DNA of 63,818 nt, the filler included, from Octopus bimaculoides (taxonomy: Eukaryota): the NCBI RefSeq assembly GCF_001194135.2. It is 6 parts of 6 records of this genome, joined end to end, with 100 filler letters (N's around TTAATTAATTAA, not from the genome) between each part and the next. Parts side by side here need not be neighbours in the genome. Positions count along the whole stretch, not along the records: positions 1 to 26,280 come from NC_068995.1; 5 more parts are not named here. One strand, given 5' to 3'. Of the stretch, positions 1 to 13,099 are shown piece by piece. The notes beneath the pieces are model-generated. The model was not told where the DNA came from. It did no database searches and saw nothing but the letters and a program-made list of their open reading frames with translations. How positions within the stretch are numbered: position 1 is the first letter of the stretch; every line of letters begins with the position of its first letter. A program made the translations under genes and the position numbers.

Positions 1-293
1 ATATATATATATATATATATATATACACGCACACGCACACACACACACACACGCACAAACACACATATGTATATGCATACATGTGCATGTATGCATGGAA
101 TATGTGTACGTATTTATGTATGTATTTATGATTTATACGATGCTTGCTACGATTTCAATGAATATTAGCTAGTTCTATTACAATTTAAGCTATTGAAAAG
201 TGCATGATTTAATGATAAGAGATATTTCAAGATGCTTATATATTCATCAGACGTGATATACAACTCATCTAAAATACAAACTTGCACAGATGT

Positions 294-331
<38 letters not shown>

Positions 332-501
332 ACACAGGCACACTCACAGACACACACGGGCACGCACACACATACATATGTATGTATAGGTATATTTATA
401 TATGTTTCTGCGTGAATACGTAGGTATTTACGTTAGTTTGTGTGTATAGATAGATTAACATTTACATATATATGTATGTATTTATGTATCTCTCTCTTCC
501 A

Positions 502-544
<43 letters not shown>

Positions 545-554
545 NNNNNNNNNN

Positions 555-599
<45 letters not shown>

Positions 600-1198
600 A
601 TATACCAAAAGGATGTGTTATAATACCATAATACTATTCCACATATACAAAAACAGCCATACCAAGAAGCCAGCATGTCTCTATCATCAGCTGCTCCACG
701 GATATCATTATCAAATCATTGATAGGGAAGACAGTGTGTACTGTAAGCTTTGGGGATGTACGTATATATATATATGTATATATACATATATGCTGAAACC
801 TTACAGTACAATCTGTCTTCCCTATCGATTATTTAAAATATGCTAAATATTCATCGAATCATTCCGTATGCAGATCCTGCGACTAAAGCGCAGTGCTGCA
901 GATGGTGTCTGGATGCAGTATGTGGCGTAGTCATCTCAAATCACAGTATTAGAGACATACACAAAACAGACACATCCGTGTGTGTAGATATATGAAATAC
1001 AAAAATGGGACAAGGACGCAGAATATCCAGACAGGTGATACATAAAAAGGACAACAAAACATCCAGACAGAAAAGAAAACCAGGACGGGTCATTCGGAGT
1101 TTTTTTTTTTTTCCTAAGTCGAGTTCCAGATTATTTTTCCAATTTCGACTGGTTACACCCGAGAATGCTCCAATCTGGCCAGCCCCAAGGAAAAATTA

Positions 1199-1670
1199 AG
1201 CTTAGAGCATTAGATTCCATGGAAGAAAGCAGCGAATGTATACGAAAACAAAGACGGAAAAAAAAACGAGAATGTTACACAAATACACATGCAAATAACA
1301 GGACATAGCAACAGGTGTCTTTCGACTAAGTACGAATTAAATTAAGCTGGCGTGTGTGAAAGTAAAGCCTTGCGGCAGGAACATAAGATTTGACAGGCAC
1401 AAGGAGGAATATAGATGTTGCACGGATGTTAGTCGAACCAAGAAAGAAAGGTCAGGCTTGGCTGAACACCAGTCACATGGGGAGAGAAGAGAGAGGGTGG
1501 TGGAGGCAGAGGGATAGAAGAATTAAGGAGGGGTGAGAAAAAAATGAAAGGGACAGAGTGTAGTGAACGAGGAGGGAAAGTGAGCCTAGGCACATGTTGT
1601 TATGTCCTGTTTTTCCGTCTTTATCGTATGCATTCGCTGCTTTTTTCCAGGGAATCTAATGCTCTTAGCT
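1199..1670. mobile_element. Short element with inverted arms, probably Penelope-like pseudo-LTR derived
   Basis: 1199-~1318 (agcttagagcattagattccatggaagaaagcagcgaatg...) is the reverse complement of 1590-1670 with indels. The right end abuts a gap. Confidence 0.55.
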
Positions 1671-3341
1671 NNNNNNNNNNNNNNNNNNNNNNNNNNNNNN
1701 NNNNNNNNNNNNNNNNNNNNNNNNNNNNNNNNNNNNNNNNNNNNNNNNNNNNNNNNNNNNNNNNNNNNNNNNNNNNNNNNNNNNNNNNNNNNNNNNNNNN
1801 NNNNNNNNNNNNNNNNNNNNNNNNNNNNNNNNNNNNNNNNNNNNNNNNNNNNNNNNNNNNNNNNNNNNNNNNNNNNNNNNNNNNNNNNNNNNNNNNNNNN
1901 NNNNNNNNNNNNNNNNNNNNNNNNNNNNNNNNNNNNNNNNNNNNNNNNNNNNNNNNNNNNNNNNNNNNNNNNNNNNNNNNNNNNNNNNNNNNNNNNNNNN
2001 NNNNNNNNNNNNNNNNNNNNNNNNNNNNNNNNNNNNNNNNNNNNNNNNNNNNNNNNNNNNNNNNNNNNNNNNNNNNNNNNNNNNNNNNNNNNNNNNNNNN
2101 NNNNNNNNNNNNNNNNNNNNNNNNNNNNNNNNNNNNNNNNNNNNNNNNNNNNNNNNNNNNNNNNNNNNNNNNNNNNNNNNNNNNNNNNNNNNNNNNNNNN
2201 NNNNNNNNNNNNNNNNNNNNNNNNNNNNNNNNNNNNNNNNNNNNNNNNNNNNNNNNNNNNNNNNNNNNNNNNNNNNNNNNNNNNNNNNNNNNNNNNNNNN
2301 NNNNNNNNNNNNNNNNNNNNNNNNNNNNNNNNNNNNNNNNNNNNNNNNNNNNNNNNNNNNNNNNNNNNNNNNNNNNNNNNNNNNNNNNNNNNNNNNNNNN
2401 NNNNNNNNNNNNNNNNNNNNNNNNNNNNNNNNNNNNNNNNNNNNNNNNNNNNNNNNNNNNNNNNNNNNNNNNNNNATATATATAAGCAATGTTAATTCTC
2501 TAAATGAAGTATTAACAGTAACTGCACGATAGAGTGTAGTATATTGCCACTTAAGTGTGGCTGACCCCTAGGGATGGATGTCCTGTTTGCCAAGGGAAGT
2601 TATCCCTCTCACCACGATCTGCAGCACGAACGGATCCGGATTTCAGGGTTATTTCCCTTCGTCGGCGTTCGATAGCTACTGGAGTAACTGATATAATTAC
2701 TTTTCACATTTCGTTATGCAAATATGAGTGTATCTTTTGGTGAAATAAGATTTTTTGAAACGAAGGACTTGGAAATAGACTAACATGATGGAACATGATA
2801 GAAAGTATCGTAAATATGATATGTAATAATGAAAATAAACAAAACAAAAGTGCATGTAAATAGAAAAAAAATAGAAAAATATATAATGAAGTATAATACA
2901 ACAACCAAAAGAAAACAAAGTACACAGAGATCAATGAATATCTGTTGGTGACACACTCTTCAGTGTTTGAAAGAAAGTATAAGAAGGGAAATTAGAAGGT
3001 GAAGAACAAAATAAAGAAAAAATGGTGAACGGATTGATAACAATCCAGAAGAAAAATCCGAGATGAATAGAGGAAATACCAAAAGAAAGTGAAGCATAAA
3101 CAAAAGCCATATGCACAAAATTGCAATGTCAACAGGCTAAACGTTACGCGATGAAATTGCAGATCTGAAACAAAAACTGATGGGAAATGTACAGCTGTAT
3201 GTTGATCTTATAGTAAACAGTTACTTCTGAGTCAAATGGCTTTTTTTCTTTCACCATTTATCTGTCTACCTATATAGATAGATACATAGATAGATAGACA
3301 GACAGACAGAATGACAGATAGATAGATAGATAGATAGATAT

Positions 3342-3387
<46 letters not shown>

Positions 3388-3919
3388 GGATATACATATG
3401 TAACTACTTAAGACAGTGAATGAGTGTAAGTCTGTACATGTAAGTACGCATGTATGCATGTGTGCTTGCATATGTGTGTGCGTATGTATATGTGTGGGTA
3501 TGTGTGTCTGTCTGTGTGTCTGTATGTCTGTGTAAACACAATCATATTTTTCTTTTGTTATTAATGGGCACAAGTCAAAGAGTTGCTTAAAGTCCGAGAG
3601 TTTCTTGCATTGGCACTTAACAAATTGGTCTCGAATCCGATATTCCTGTTTGTATAATTAACTTACATACATATATAAAATATAAATTTATATGTGTATG
3701 TACGTATATGTTATACCAATATGAGTGGACGTGTTAACATATACGAATGAACACACTAACTAACTTTGTGCATACATATATATGCAAACACATAGAAACA
3801 TATATATTAATGTATATACCTACTCACCTATCTACGTATGCATAGTGTAATTTGTGTGCATGTATGTATGCAAAAAAATATTTCACATACGTATCCATAT
3901 ATATGCGTGTGTTCCTGTG

Positions 3920-3961
<42 letters not shown>

Positions 3962-5218
3962 NNNNNNNNNNNNNNNNNNNNNNNNNNNNNNNNNNNNNNN
4001 NNNNNNNNNNNNNNNNNNNNNNNNNNNNNNNNNNNNNNNNNNNNNNNNNNNNNNNNNNNNNNNNNNNNNNNNNNNNNNNNNNNNNNNNNNNNNNNNNNNN
4101 NNNNNNNNNNNNNNNNNNNNNNNNNNNNNNNNNNNNNNNNNNNNNNNNNNNNNNNNNNNNNNNNNNNNNNNNNNNNNNNNNNNNNNNNNNNNNNNNNNNN
4201 NNNNNNNNNNNNNNNNNNNNNNNNNNNNNNNNNNNNNNNNNNNNNNNNNNNNNNNNNATAGCTGCGGAGATGAAGGAGTTGAATCAGAATATATGTATAT
4301 TTACGTAATTGTTTAGTTGCTTTTTTTCTTCTTTTTGTTCCTTTTCTTTATATGAAAGTTTTCTTCATCTGCAATTTAAATATGCTATTTCCTTTCGATT
4401 ATTTTTTTTAGGTATTAAGTGTTTTATCGTGTACATATTTGCTTTAAAGGCTATTGGTGCTTTGCATTTTTGGCTGTCTTCGTTGCTACCATTTTGCCGC
4501 TGGTATTTTCTTCTTTTTTCCTTTTCCTTTTCTAATTGTTTTCATTGTTGTTATGGCAACACCGATTGATAAAATGTCACCAGTTCAATATTTGCACAAA
4601 AAAAAATACAAACTACATAAAACAAAACTAAAAGAACAAAACCTTGGTTTCATTTGAAGCTTGCAATAATTTTTATCCTTCAAAACTTCGTATTTTTTTC
4701 CTTTCTATGAAAGAAACACTTTCCTAACGGAATTAATACTTAAATAAGTGGATTAAGATAATTGATGACGTTGAAACATAAGCAAACTCATACACATCAT
4801 ATTTGAATGTCAACCACGGAAAATACCGGTTTATAAAACTTCAACGATGTTTACTTTTCAAATCTAGTTTAATTCCCTATCGTGGAATCATAACAGGCCG
4901 ACAATACGCAGTACACTAATCGACTCTTTTTCAGTTTTTTGTTTGTTTTTTTGTTGTTGTTTTTTTGCTTTGTTCGTTTATCTTCTACTTGTTTCAATCA
5001 TTGGGCTGCGGCCAAGCTCGAGCACCACCTTAAAACGTTTTTGTCAACTGAATCGACCGCAGTATTTATTTTTAAAGTCAGATACTAAATCAGACGGTCT
5101 GTTTTGCCGAAACGATACATTATTGGGTGGGGCGTCGAAAAGCTAACACCAGATGCTAAGTGATGTTCAGCCACGAAGATGATACACAAGTACCTTTATA
5201 TACCTACCATTACATATA

Positions 5219-5267
<49 letters not shown>

Positions 5268-8200
5268 AAGTATGTATGTATGCATGTATGTATGTATGTA
5301 TGTATACATATTAATACACACACACATACCTATATATGTTACTAACATATATACATAGAAAAAGGTGCTTTGTAAACTCACCAAAGTGAATGGAGCTTTG
5401 GCCAGGAGGAACTGATGTCATCAAACACTATCCAACTACTTTACTTTCATTGGATGTTTCGACCCTGAACCGTAACGCTCTCCCATTTGTGGGTCAACAG
5501 AGGTGGCAAAATTACTGCTCTTCATCTCCTCCTGGCATACAGCTTAACTATTCTCTGTTGCCCCAAAGCCAACAACACGCTCTTTCAACCTCTCCTGCGC
5601 ACAGCCACCCTTTGCTCTCTTCTTCTCATTTCAATGGCTCTAAGCATTCTCATGCCGATTGATCAGGGAATATCCCTACAACTAGCCCCGAATAGCAAAA
5701 GCCATACCTGCTATACTTCTCCCTGCAATCCTGCAGAAGGCTCTCATATTCGTAAAACTCATCACAGACCCTCTTCCCACGGTAGTGTGATCTCAATCAA
5801 TATAATTTTCTTTGTCTTGTATGTATGTATGTATGTATGTATGTATGCATGTATGTATGTATTTGATAGGCTTGTTTTAGCTCCCGTCTACCAAATCCTC
5901 ACCAGGCTGTGGTCGGCCCGAAGCTATACTAGAAGTTCTTTACCGTCGGTAATCGTGTGATAACCTGTCTTTCAATGTGAAATGGCCGTAAACAAACATA
6001 AGCTAATAGAAATTAATGTTTCGTTTACGTGTACCATTGATTATAATCTCTAAACCTTGCTGATTCATTCAAACTAAGTGTATATCGCTTACTTCCTCGT
6101 ATTTTATGGAAGATGCATTAAAATGTTAACCATAAATAATAATTATGTGTTCACCTGGAATCAGCATTAATCACGGATGTTACAATTTAGGCAAGAGCAT
6201 GGTTCAGTTTTCAGGTTCAGTCCCACTGCGTGGTATTTTGGGCAAGTGCCTTCTATTAAAGGCCCTGTGTTTACCAACAAATTAAGAGTAAATTTGGAAC
6301 AGGGAAACGATGTGAAGCTTACTTTCTCGCTAAGATCAACAAAAAAATATTCCGTCTGGTATATATTTATATAGAAGAAAGGTGAGCTGGCAGAATCAGT
6401 AGCACGCCTAGTAAAATGCCCGTCATATATATATATATATATATATACATACATACGTATGTGTATGTGCATGTATGTGTGTGTGTGTGCGTGTGTGTGT
6501 GTTTATGAGTTTGTATGCATGTGTCATTATATTTCTTCTTCTACCATTGATACACAAGCGGTATTTGCTTGTTTACGTGCTCATAGCTTTATCAGTTTAG
6601 CAATCGAGATCGATAGAATATGTAGCTCAACTATATGTACTGAGATATATTTGTTCCACTAAACCCACCAAGACGGTGCTGCATGATGGCCGCAGTCCAG
6701 TGACTAAAACAAGTAAATGGTAGCAGAGATGTGAACCTGTTTTCCTTCATATTAACTCTTTTCAAAGACACATGATGTTTACTTTCCTAAAGTTTATTCA
6801 ACTTATTCTAGAACCGATAGCATTAATGTCTAGTCTGAATGGTAGCGCGAACGTTATGCTCGTCGAATGCATCAGAGTTTCCTCCTGCAGCAGTGATGTT
6901 TCCTTCCTCTATGCTTTCTTCTAAAAGCTAAGTGGAATCATCCACAGAGTGTCGATAGGATAGGAATCATTGACCTTTTCAGTATGTATTCTGATAACCT
7001 TTGTGACTTAGCTTTTTCTCCCTCACTCATGTATACAGATGCATACATAATGCATGCATACATATGTGCATACATACATACATATACATACATACATACA
7101 TACATATATATATATACATACATATANNNNNNNNNNNNNNNNNNNNNNNNNNNNNNNNNNNNNNNNNNNNNNNNNNNNNNNNNNNNNNNNNNNNNNNNNN
7201 NNNNNNNNNNNNNNNNNNNNNNNNNNNNNNNNNNNNNNNNNNNNNNNNNNNNNNNNNNNNNNNNNNNNNNNNNNNNNNNNNNNNNNNNNNNNNNNNNNNN
7301 NNNNNNNNNNNNNNNNNNNNNNNNNNNNNNNNNNNNNNNNNNNNNNNNNNNNNNNNNNNNNNNNNNNNNNNNNNNNNNNNNNNNNNNNNNNNNNNNNNNN
7401 NNNNNNNNNNNNNNNNNNNNNNNNNNNNNNNNNNNNNNNNNNNNNNNNNNNNNNNNNNNNNNNNNNNNNNNNNNNNNNNNNNNNNNNNNNNNNNNNNNNN
7501 NNNNNNNNNNNNNNNNNNNNNNNNNNNNNNNNNNNNNNNNNNNNNNNNNNNNNNNNNNNNNNNNNNNNNNNNNNNNNNNNNNNNNNNNNNNNNNNNNNNN
7601 NNNNNNNNNNNNNNNNNNNNNNNNNNNNNNNNNNNNNNNNNNNNNNNNNNNNNNNNNNNNNNNNNNNNNNNNNNNNNNNNNNNNNNNNNNNNNNNNNNNN
7701 NNNNNNNNNNNNNNNNNNNNNNNNNNNNNNNNNNNNNNNNNNNNNNNNNNNNNNNNNNNNNNNNNNNNNNNNNNNNNNNNNNNNNNNNNNNNNNNNNNNN
7801 NNNNNNNNNNNNNNNNNNNNNNNNNNNNNNNNNNNNNNNNNNNNNNNNNNNNNNNNNNNNNNNNNNNNNNNNNNNNNNNNNNNNNNNNNNNNNNNNNNNN
7901 NNNNNNNNNNNNNNNNNNNNNNNNNNNNNNNNNNNNNNNNNNNNNNNNNNNNNNNNNNNNNNNNNNNNNNNNNNNNNNNNNNNNNNNNNNNNNNNNNNNN
8001 NNNNNNNNNNNNNNNNNNNNNNNNNNNNNNNNNNNNNNNNNNNNNNNATATATATAACTATTGAAGAGGTTGCAAGAAGCAAGGACGATTTTAGAAAAAA
8101 TAAGTAAACGAATGGAAATCGAACCAGTGGGTGTGTTAATTAATAAGGCATTAAAACAGAATGACTTTCCCCAGACACAATAAATATGCTTCAACACACG

Positions 8201-8676
8201 ATTCCTGCAAACCAAATACAAAAACGAAATCAGGATGAGAGTAGAAGACGTCTGCTGACACTGTCATGCTGTGGGACTGAACCCGAAGGCAAGGCCCTGC
8301 AAAAGGAGCGTTATAAGCACACACCCGTGAATAAATAATATATAATATTAATATATGTATTTGATATTTATAATATACATATGTATATATTTATACACTA
8401 TAAATATCTGCTTATTTGTGTATATATATTATATGTGTCTGTGTGAGTGTAGATAGCGAGCTCGAAGAATTGTTAGCATGTCGGACACAATGCTTAGCAG
8501 CATTGCGACCATCTTTACCTTGTGAGTTGAAATTACTCCGAGGTTCACCTTTCATCCTTTCGGGGTCAATAAAATAAGTACCAGTTAAATACTGGGGTTG
8601 AAGTAAACGGCTTATCTCCGCCTCGAAACTCATGGCCTTGTGCTAACATGTGCAACCCATATTTATATGTGTCCTC

Positions 8677-8726
<50 letters not shown>

Positions 8727-9474
8727 TTCCAAGTTCCATATACCATTTTCTTCTATCCGTGTTTATGACTTTACTTCCTTAAGTAGTGGTTATGCCAACG
8801 GAGATGAGAAGGCAACTGTGAAGCAAACATTTTCCCGTAAAATGTTTGAATGTATAAATTCGTTACTTCATGCTAGTGATTCCGAACTAACATTACAACT
8901 AATTCCTAGTTTAATAAAACTTTCATTTTCATATATATGATATAAATTTTAAGTTCAGTTCTACTAAAATATATTTTCATTGTGTTGACCTACCAGACAA
9001 TGTTAATGACAATCTTGATTATAATTGCTGTAACTTTGAAACAGATAAATGTCAGTTTTCTTGTTTGCATTGGTCTTTTGCCAATCAGTATCGATCATTG
9101 TTTCGTAATAGTCGTCGATAAAATTGTCCCTGATTACTATTCTTTTTTTGATATTGTTCTGTTCATGATTGTATTCTCCTAATAATATATTTGTATACGT
9201 CCCCGACATCTTGTCCACTTTCATTTCCACAGGGGCTACACCACCACGTAAGAGATATTGTGAACTAAGCACAAGCCAATCCATTTTTGCTGTCGGTCTC
9301 TATTCATGTCAAGGAGATCAGCCTCATTAAATCTTATAGCACACCTAGTTAGATCTTCATTAACTTGGAGAATATGTCTTTTACAAACGTCGACAAACAG
9401 GAGCAAGTTATGTTGTTTTGCTTTGAGGATTCAAAATATTAACCAGTTTTATATTTAAAATAAAATAGATAAAT

Positions 9475-9721
9475 GTGTCCTTTTAAAGCCTAGCCAGACT
9501 CATGGGCCCGGTTTCCCGGTTTCAATGGCGTATGTGTTCCCGAGCTGGACGCGACGCCAGTCCATCGGAGCGTTACTCATTTTTGCCAGCTGAGTGGACT
9601 GGAGCAACATGAAATGAAGTATTTTGCTCAAGAACACAACACGTCGCCCGGTCCAGGAATCGAAACCACAATCTTACGATCATGATCCTCACACCCTAAC
9701 CACTAAGCCACGCGCCTCCAC
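9475..9721 (-). mobile_element. tRNA-derived SINE (family D)
   Basis: Head gtggaggcgcgtggcttagtggttagg..gtttcgattcc, body gtgttcttgagcaaaatacttcatttc; homologous copy at 54025-54243. Confidence 0.85.
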
Positions 9722-10720
9722 TTTATATTTAAAATAAAATAGATAAATGCGCCCTTTTAAAGCGTAATCAGACTCATGGGCCCGGTTTCCCGGAGTTGTA
9801 TATTTGGTCAACTCTAAATCATAGCCAACAGTATATTTGGCAATCTCATAACATATCCGTTTAGTTGTTTAAGTGATTTAAGACAGCGAGCTAGCAAAAT
9901 CTTTGACAAGCCAGAAAAAATGCTTAGCAGCGCTTCTTTCGTCTATGAGCTATGGGTACAAATTCCACCAAAATCGACTTTGCTTTTCGTCTATTCGGGA
10001 TTGATGAAGTAAGTACAAGTCGAACACTGGTGGATTATGTAATCGACACGCTCCCTACTTCAAAATTTCAGGTCCTGGTCCTATTCCAGAAAATATTATT
10101 TAAATTATTTGGAAAATGAATTCAAAACGCAAATTGTAAAAGAGAAAGTATCGATACCGAACGCTTATACAGTTAGCGTTCTTTTATCATTCACGATACA
10201 ACTTGTAATTGTTTGAATTTAAAATTCTAAAATTCCAGCATTTAAATCATATCACAGACAAAAATTTCAAGTGAAGAAGACAGTTTGCACCCTGTTACTC
10301 TGTTACTGCCATTTTTTTTTCCTTGCCTATAAGCTGTTTTTGTTTTTCTTTTTGACATAACATGTAAATACATTGACGCTTTCACTGTATTTAAAAATTA
10401 TTTCGATCATGTGAATGCGTATATATGCGCATGCGTGTGTATCTGCTATTCTGTGTGTTTCTGTATCTGTTTTTGAGTTTGTGTGGGTTTTGTATGGCTT
10501 TCTATGCCAGTGTGTATACACAGACACACACACACACACGCAAAAACATACACACATACACTCTGTTTTCGCTTGAAAATCGGAATAGCATAAATCTACA
10601 GTCGAGAGACAGTTTCTACGTTTACTGTTTCACTGTAAACATTACACACTTTATACGATATGTATAGGACATCTCTCTCTCAGTTCGTTCTACATAAATC
10701 CTTGTGTGGTCGCGCGCGAA

Positions 10721-10751
<31 letters not shown>

Positions 10752-10782
10752 GGTAGATAGATAGATAGATAGATAGATAGAT

Positions 10783-10817
<35 letters not shown>

Positions 10818-11052
10818 NNNNNNNNNNNNNNNNNNNNNNNNNNNNNNNNNNNNNNNNNNNNNNNNNNNNNNNNNNNNNNNNNNNNNNNNNNNNNNNNNNN
10901 NNNNNNNNNNNNNNNNNNNNNNNNNNNNNNNNNNNNNNNNNNNNNNNNNNNNNNNNNNNNNNNNNNNNNNNNNNNNNNNNNNNNNNNNNNNNNNNNNNNN
11001 NNNNNNNNNNNNNNNNNNNNNNNNNNNNNNNNNNNNNNNNNNNNNNNNNNNN

Positions 11053-11087
<35 letters not shown>

Positions 11088-11121
11088 TGTATACACATGT
11101 ATGCATGTATGTATGTGTTTG

Positions 11122-11191
<70 letters not shown>

Positions 11192-11981
11192 AATATGCTT
11201 TAGTATGTTAGCCTTTCTTTGTAGACCAGTAACATCCCAGCATCTATGCAATTGCATATGGATGAATCTAACAGTGAAGATGATATCACATAATAACAGT
11301 AAGGACGTATTAAAATATTAGACTTAAATCGCTGACACCCAACATGACAACACTTCAATCATTCAATTCATTAAACTATCTTAAAGTCTATCGCACAATA
11401 GTGCAGTTCTAATCTCTAAACTACATAAGGCGCCTTCTAAACAACAAAATTATATTCCTCCTTTCAACTAACAATAAAATACTGAAACATCACAAGCCTG
11501 TCACGCGTCCAAATGTAAAATAGTTTAATGGCGGATACCACACAATATAAACTACTTCCCGGCGAACTATTGTGCTCGATATGATGTCAAACTGGAAAAT
11601 GCTGATTCACATTAGTCACATTAATACCTTTGAAACAGACATGCACATCACGAATTCTTTCTTTTAACTAGTAAAGCGCAAATCCTTTATTCTTTATCCA
11701 AGTTCTATAAAAATATAATGCACACACACATACATATAAAAACACACACACACACACACATATGTATATATAAACACGTACATATATGTGTATAAGAAAG
11801 CATTATATATATATATATAGGTATTTGTAAATATGTGTGTGTATGTGTGTGTTTGTGTGTGTGTGGGTGTGTGTGTGTGTGTTTTTGAGTGTTCATGTAT
11901 GCATTTGCATGTACGTGTGTACCCTTAAAAACTAATCATTTCTACATCAAGAACATCAATCACAGAGTATTTTGATATATG

Positions 11982-11987
11982 TACACA

Positions 11988-12066
<79 letters not shown>
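11982..12066. repeat. (CA)n microsatellite, representative of dozens of (CA), (TA), (GA), (GATA) and (TATG) arrays across the window
   Basis: Directly visible; most N-gaps are bordered by such arrays. Confidence 0.97.
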
Positions 12067-12067
<1 letters not shown>

Positions 12068-13059
12068 TATCTATTGTTTTAGTCCCCACCTCATAAAAAG
12101 GGGAATAAAAACGTCTAATAGGCGATTTTCTGTCAAAGAGATTAAATAGATTTAAGAAATTAAAGAGAATTTATTGAATCCATTTTTACTGCTCAAATGT
12201 TTAATGCGTTTACAAAAAGTCAATACGAATTATTCTCCTGGAAAAGAGATACAGAAAAGATCCGCATAGAACTCGACGTTCTCCGTTGTACTTTATGGTA
12301 CTTAACAGTTCTTTCAGCAGAAATTGGAAGAGGAGCTGTGAATAAACTTTTTAATATGTATAACTCAATAGAAAATGATAGTAATCTGATCTTAGTCTTG
12401 ACTGATGTAAAGTGTAATAATTGTTTTGGGATCAGTTGAGCTCAAAGCACATAAAGCTAGAAATAACAGAATGTAAATATTAGGCTGAAAATCCCATTTT
12501 GGCGAGAAAAAAAGTCGAAGGCTGCCCTTGGGACCGCATTAACTTTTTCTATCTAAAAGGTCTTTACAAAGAGGGTTTTTGAAAGGGTTTACGTACTATT
12601 ATTTATAACATTATGTGCTTCGAAATGCAGAGTTCCGAAAAAGAATTATTTCACGGAAGTTTATACGTTTTTATGTAACTTGACCACTTGTATGAAAATA
12701 GATGCCTTTATTGTTGAGTTTAGTTTGAAGACAAGTGTTATAACTGGCGGGAGAGATGAATTGTGTTGAGGGCTCAATATCAACGGGTTCTGTATAATTA
12801 GGGCTTGTGCCTAAAACGACAAACAGACATACAGAGAGACAGGCGGATAAATGGATGCAAGGCTAGATGGATGGATGGATGGGTGGGTGATTGGATGGAT
12901 AGACGTGTGGATGGATAGATAATTATTTCAGAGTGTTAAGGCTCTTCTTCTCTCTCTCTTAATCTCTCACTCAAACAAGTGCATAAGCACACACACACGA
13001 CGCACGCACGCACACACACACACACGCACACACACACACACACACACACNNNNNNNNNN

Positions 13060-13099
<40 letters not shown>

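Noticed and set aside
205-255. Minus-strand CTGATGA...GAAATATC
   Set aside because: No credible stem I or stem II pairing; a chance match in AT-rich DNA.
1544-2495. Long ORFs spanning N runs (also 6938-8221, 21198-22257, 22724-23733, 36747-37826, 52017-53079)
   Set aside because: They are open only because N codons are not stops.
5440-5505. Minus-strand CTGTTGACCC...GGGTCGAAAC
   Set aside because: Stem I pairing is absent and the core deviates; possibly PLE-derived but not supportable as a ribozyme.
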